From the NCBI GenBank assembly GCA_035362115.1, contig DAOSDD010000001.1, positions 1-55,413 on the forward strand: 55,413 nt of DNA, given 5' to 3'. Shown piece after piece: positions 54,852-55,413 of the stretch (its first letter is position 1; every line of letters begins with the position of its first letter). The notes below the pieces were generated by a model that saw only the letters and a program-made list of their open reading frames with translations, did no database searches and was not told where the DNA came from. Made by a program: the position numbers and the translations under genes. This stretch comes from Clostridiales bacterium (lineage in GTDB: Bacteria; Bacillota; Clostridia; Acetivibrionales; DUMC01).

Positions 54852-55413
54852 TTATTTATAAAGCAATTGCAGCAGTGGTGATAAAATGCCCATTATGCCT
54901 CCAAGAAGTGCACCAAGCCAGGTTATTGCCTTCAACTCCTTATTTGCTATTTCAATTATTATTTCTTCAGCAAAAGCTACATCATAGCTGTTTATCTGAT
55001 CTTCAACAACCTTTGGTATATTTAATAGCTCAACAATATTTGGCAATTTCACCTTTACAAAGTTACCTAGGAAACTTTTTATAAAATTGGCAATATTCTC
55101 AAACATATTTTCATCAATATTATCAAGTATATTCGAAACTGGTTTATTCATAACCATATCAATTAGCCTATTAATAATCAAATATATATTATCATATAAT
55201 GCTGTTGAATTTAAAATGCTATCAAGCTTATTTGATACAAATTTTAATAAATTTCCCTTAATATCCGGCTCCGAGGCTTTTATTTTTCCCTCTACCATAT
55301 CAACTACCTTGCCCTGCTTCTCTCTATCAGAAATATAATCCAATATAATATCCGAAATCTGTAATATTCCTTGTTCCTTATTTTCAGGCGAAATACCTGA
55401 AACTATATTTGAT
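54852..55413 (-). CDS. DUF445-family membrane-associated protein, C-terminal part (5' end outside window)
   Basis: The frame is open from the window edge with no stop upstream of the first Met. The C-terminus KELKAITWLGALLGGIMGILSPLLQ is the characteristic DUF445/YheB-type ending. Confidence 0.7.
   Translation of the reverse strand, partial: SNIVSGISPENKEQGILQISDIILDYISDREKQGKVVDMVEGKIKASEPDIKGNLLKFVSNKLDSILNSTALYDNIYLIINRLIDMVMNKPVSNILDNIDENMFENIANFIKSFLGNFVKVKLPNIVELLNIPKVVEDQINSYDVAFAEEIIIEIANKELKAITWLGALLGGIMGILSPLLQLLYK

Overview
This 55.4 kb window looks like a chromosomal segment from a low-GC Firmicute, with gene content and protein motifs typical of an anaerobic Clostridia-class organism; I cannot name the species from sequence alone. 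It is densely coding, with about 40 genes, mostly housekeeping or transport. The main genes are: a sodC 3' fragment; an orphan ORF with three ParB-like modules; a possible operon of an alpha-oxoamine synthase gene with addB and addA; a PAS-GGDEF-EAL protein; an AraC-type one-component regulator with an LplABC-like sugar ABC importer; an ABC-F ATPase; an Fe-alcohol dehydrogenase; a GT-C-like membrane protein; a membrane-PDZ/YiiX-like pair; yitJ-type homocysteine methyltransferase/MTHFR; a glpK-hydrolase-CofE-like-punA string; a secreted agmatine-deiminase-family protein; a FecBCDE-type importer; a small sulfite/nitrite-reductase-like Fe-S protein; gpr; a five-gene Opp/Dpp-type peptide importer; a 4xLysM protein; ylmH; and a DUF445 fragment. 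I saw no rRNA, tRNA, CRISPR array, intact IS/transposase, prophage or recognisable defence island. The unusual content is repeat biology rather than a gene cluster. (1) A 289-bp MITE-like element has about 40-bp terminal inverted repeats and perfect 9-bp target-site duplications. There are three full copies and three deletion derivatives, and one copy rewrites the 3' end of an ORF. (2) A second palindromic REP/MITE-like element sits at gene 3' ends and twice supplies the TAG stop codon. (3) A dispersed motif, GGAG[GA]ACTGTCCCC, occurs about 11 times, often in tandem at gene ends. (4) Intergenic minisatellites occur in promoter regions, including 8x18 bp directly upstream of the alcohol dehydrogenase gene. 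(5) In-frame minisatellites (periods 6-42 bp, all multiples of 3) are inserted into otherwise conserved proteins (AddA, AddB, PunA, ABC-F and others). The most interesting single protein is the ORF at 646-1908, with an OB-like N-terminus and three ParB/Srx-like modules, lying next to addAB. All coordinates were counted by hand, so repeat boundaries may be off by a few nt. All homology calls come from motif recognition, not database searches.
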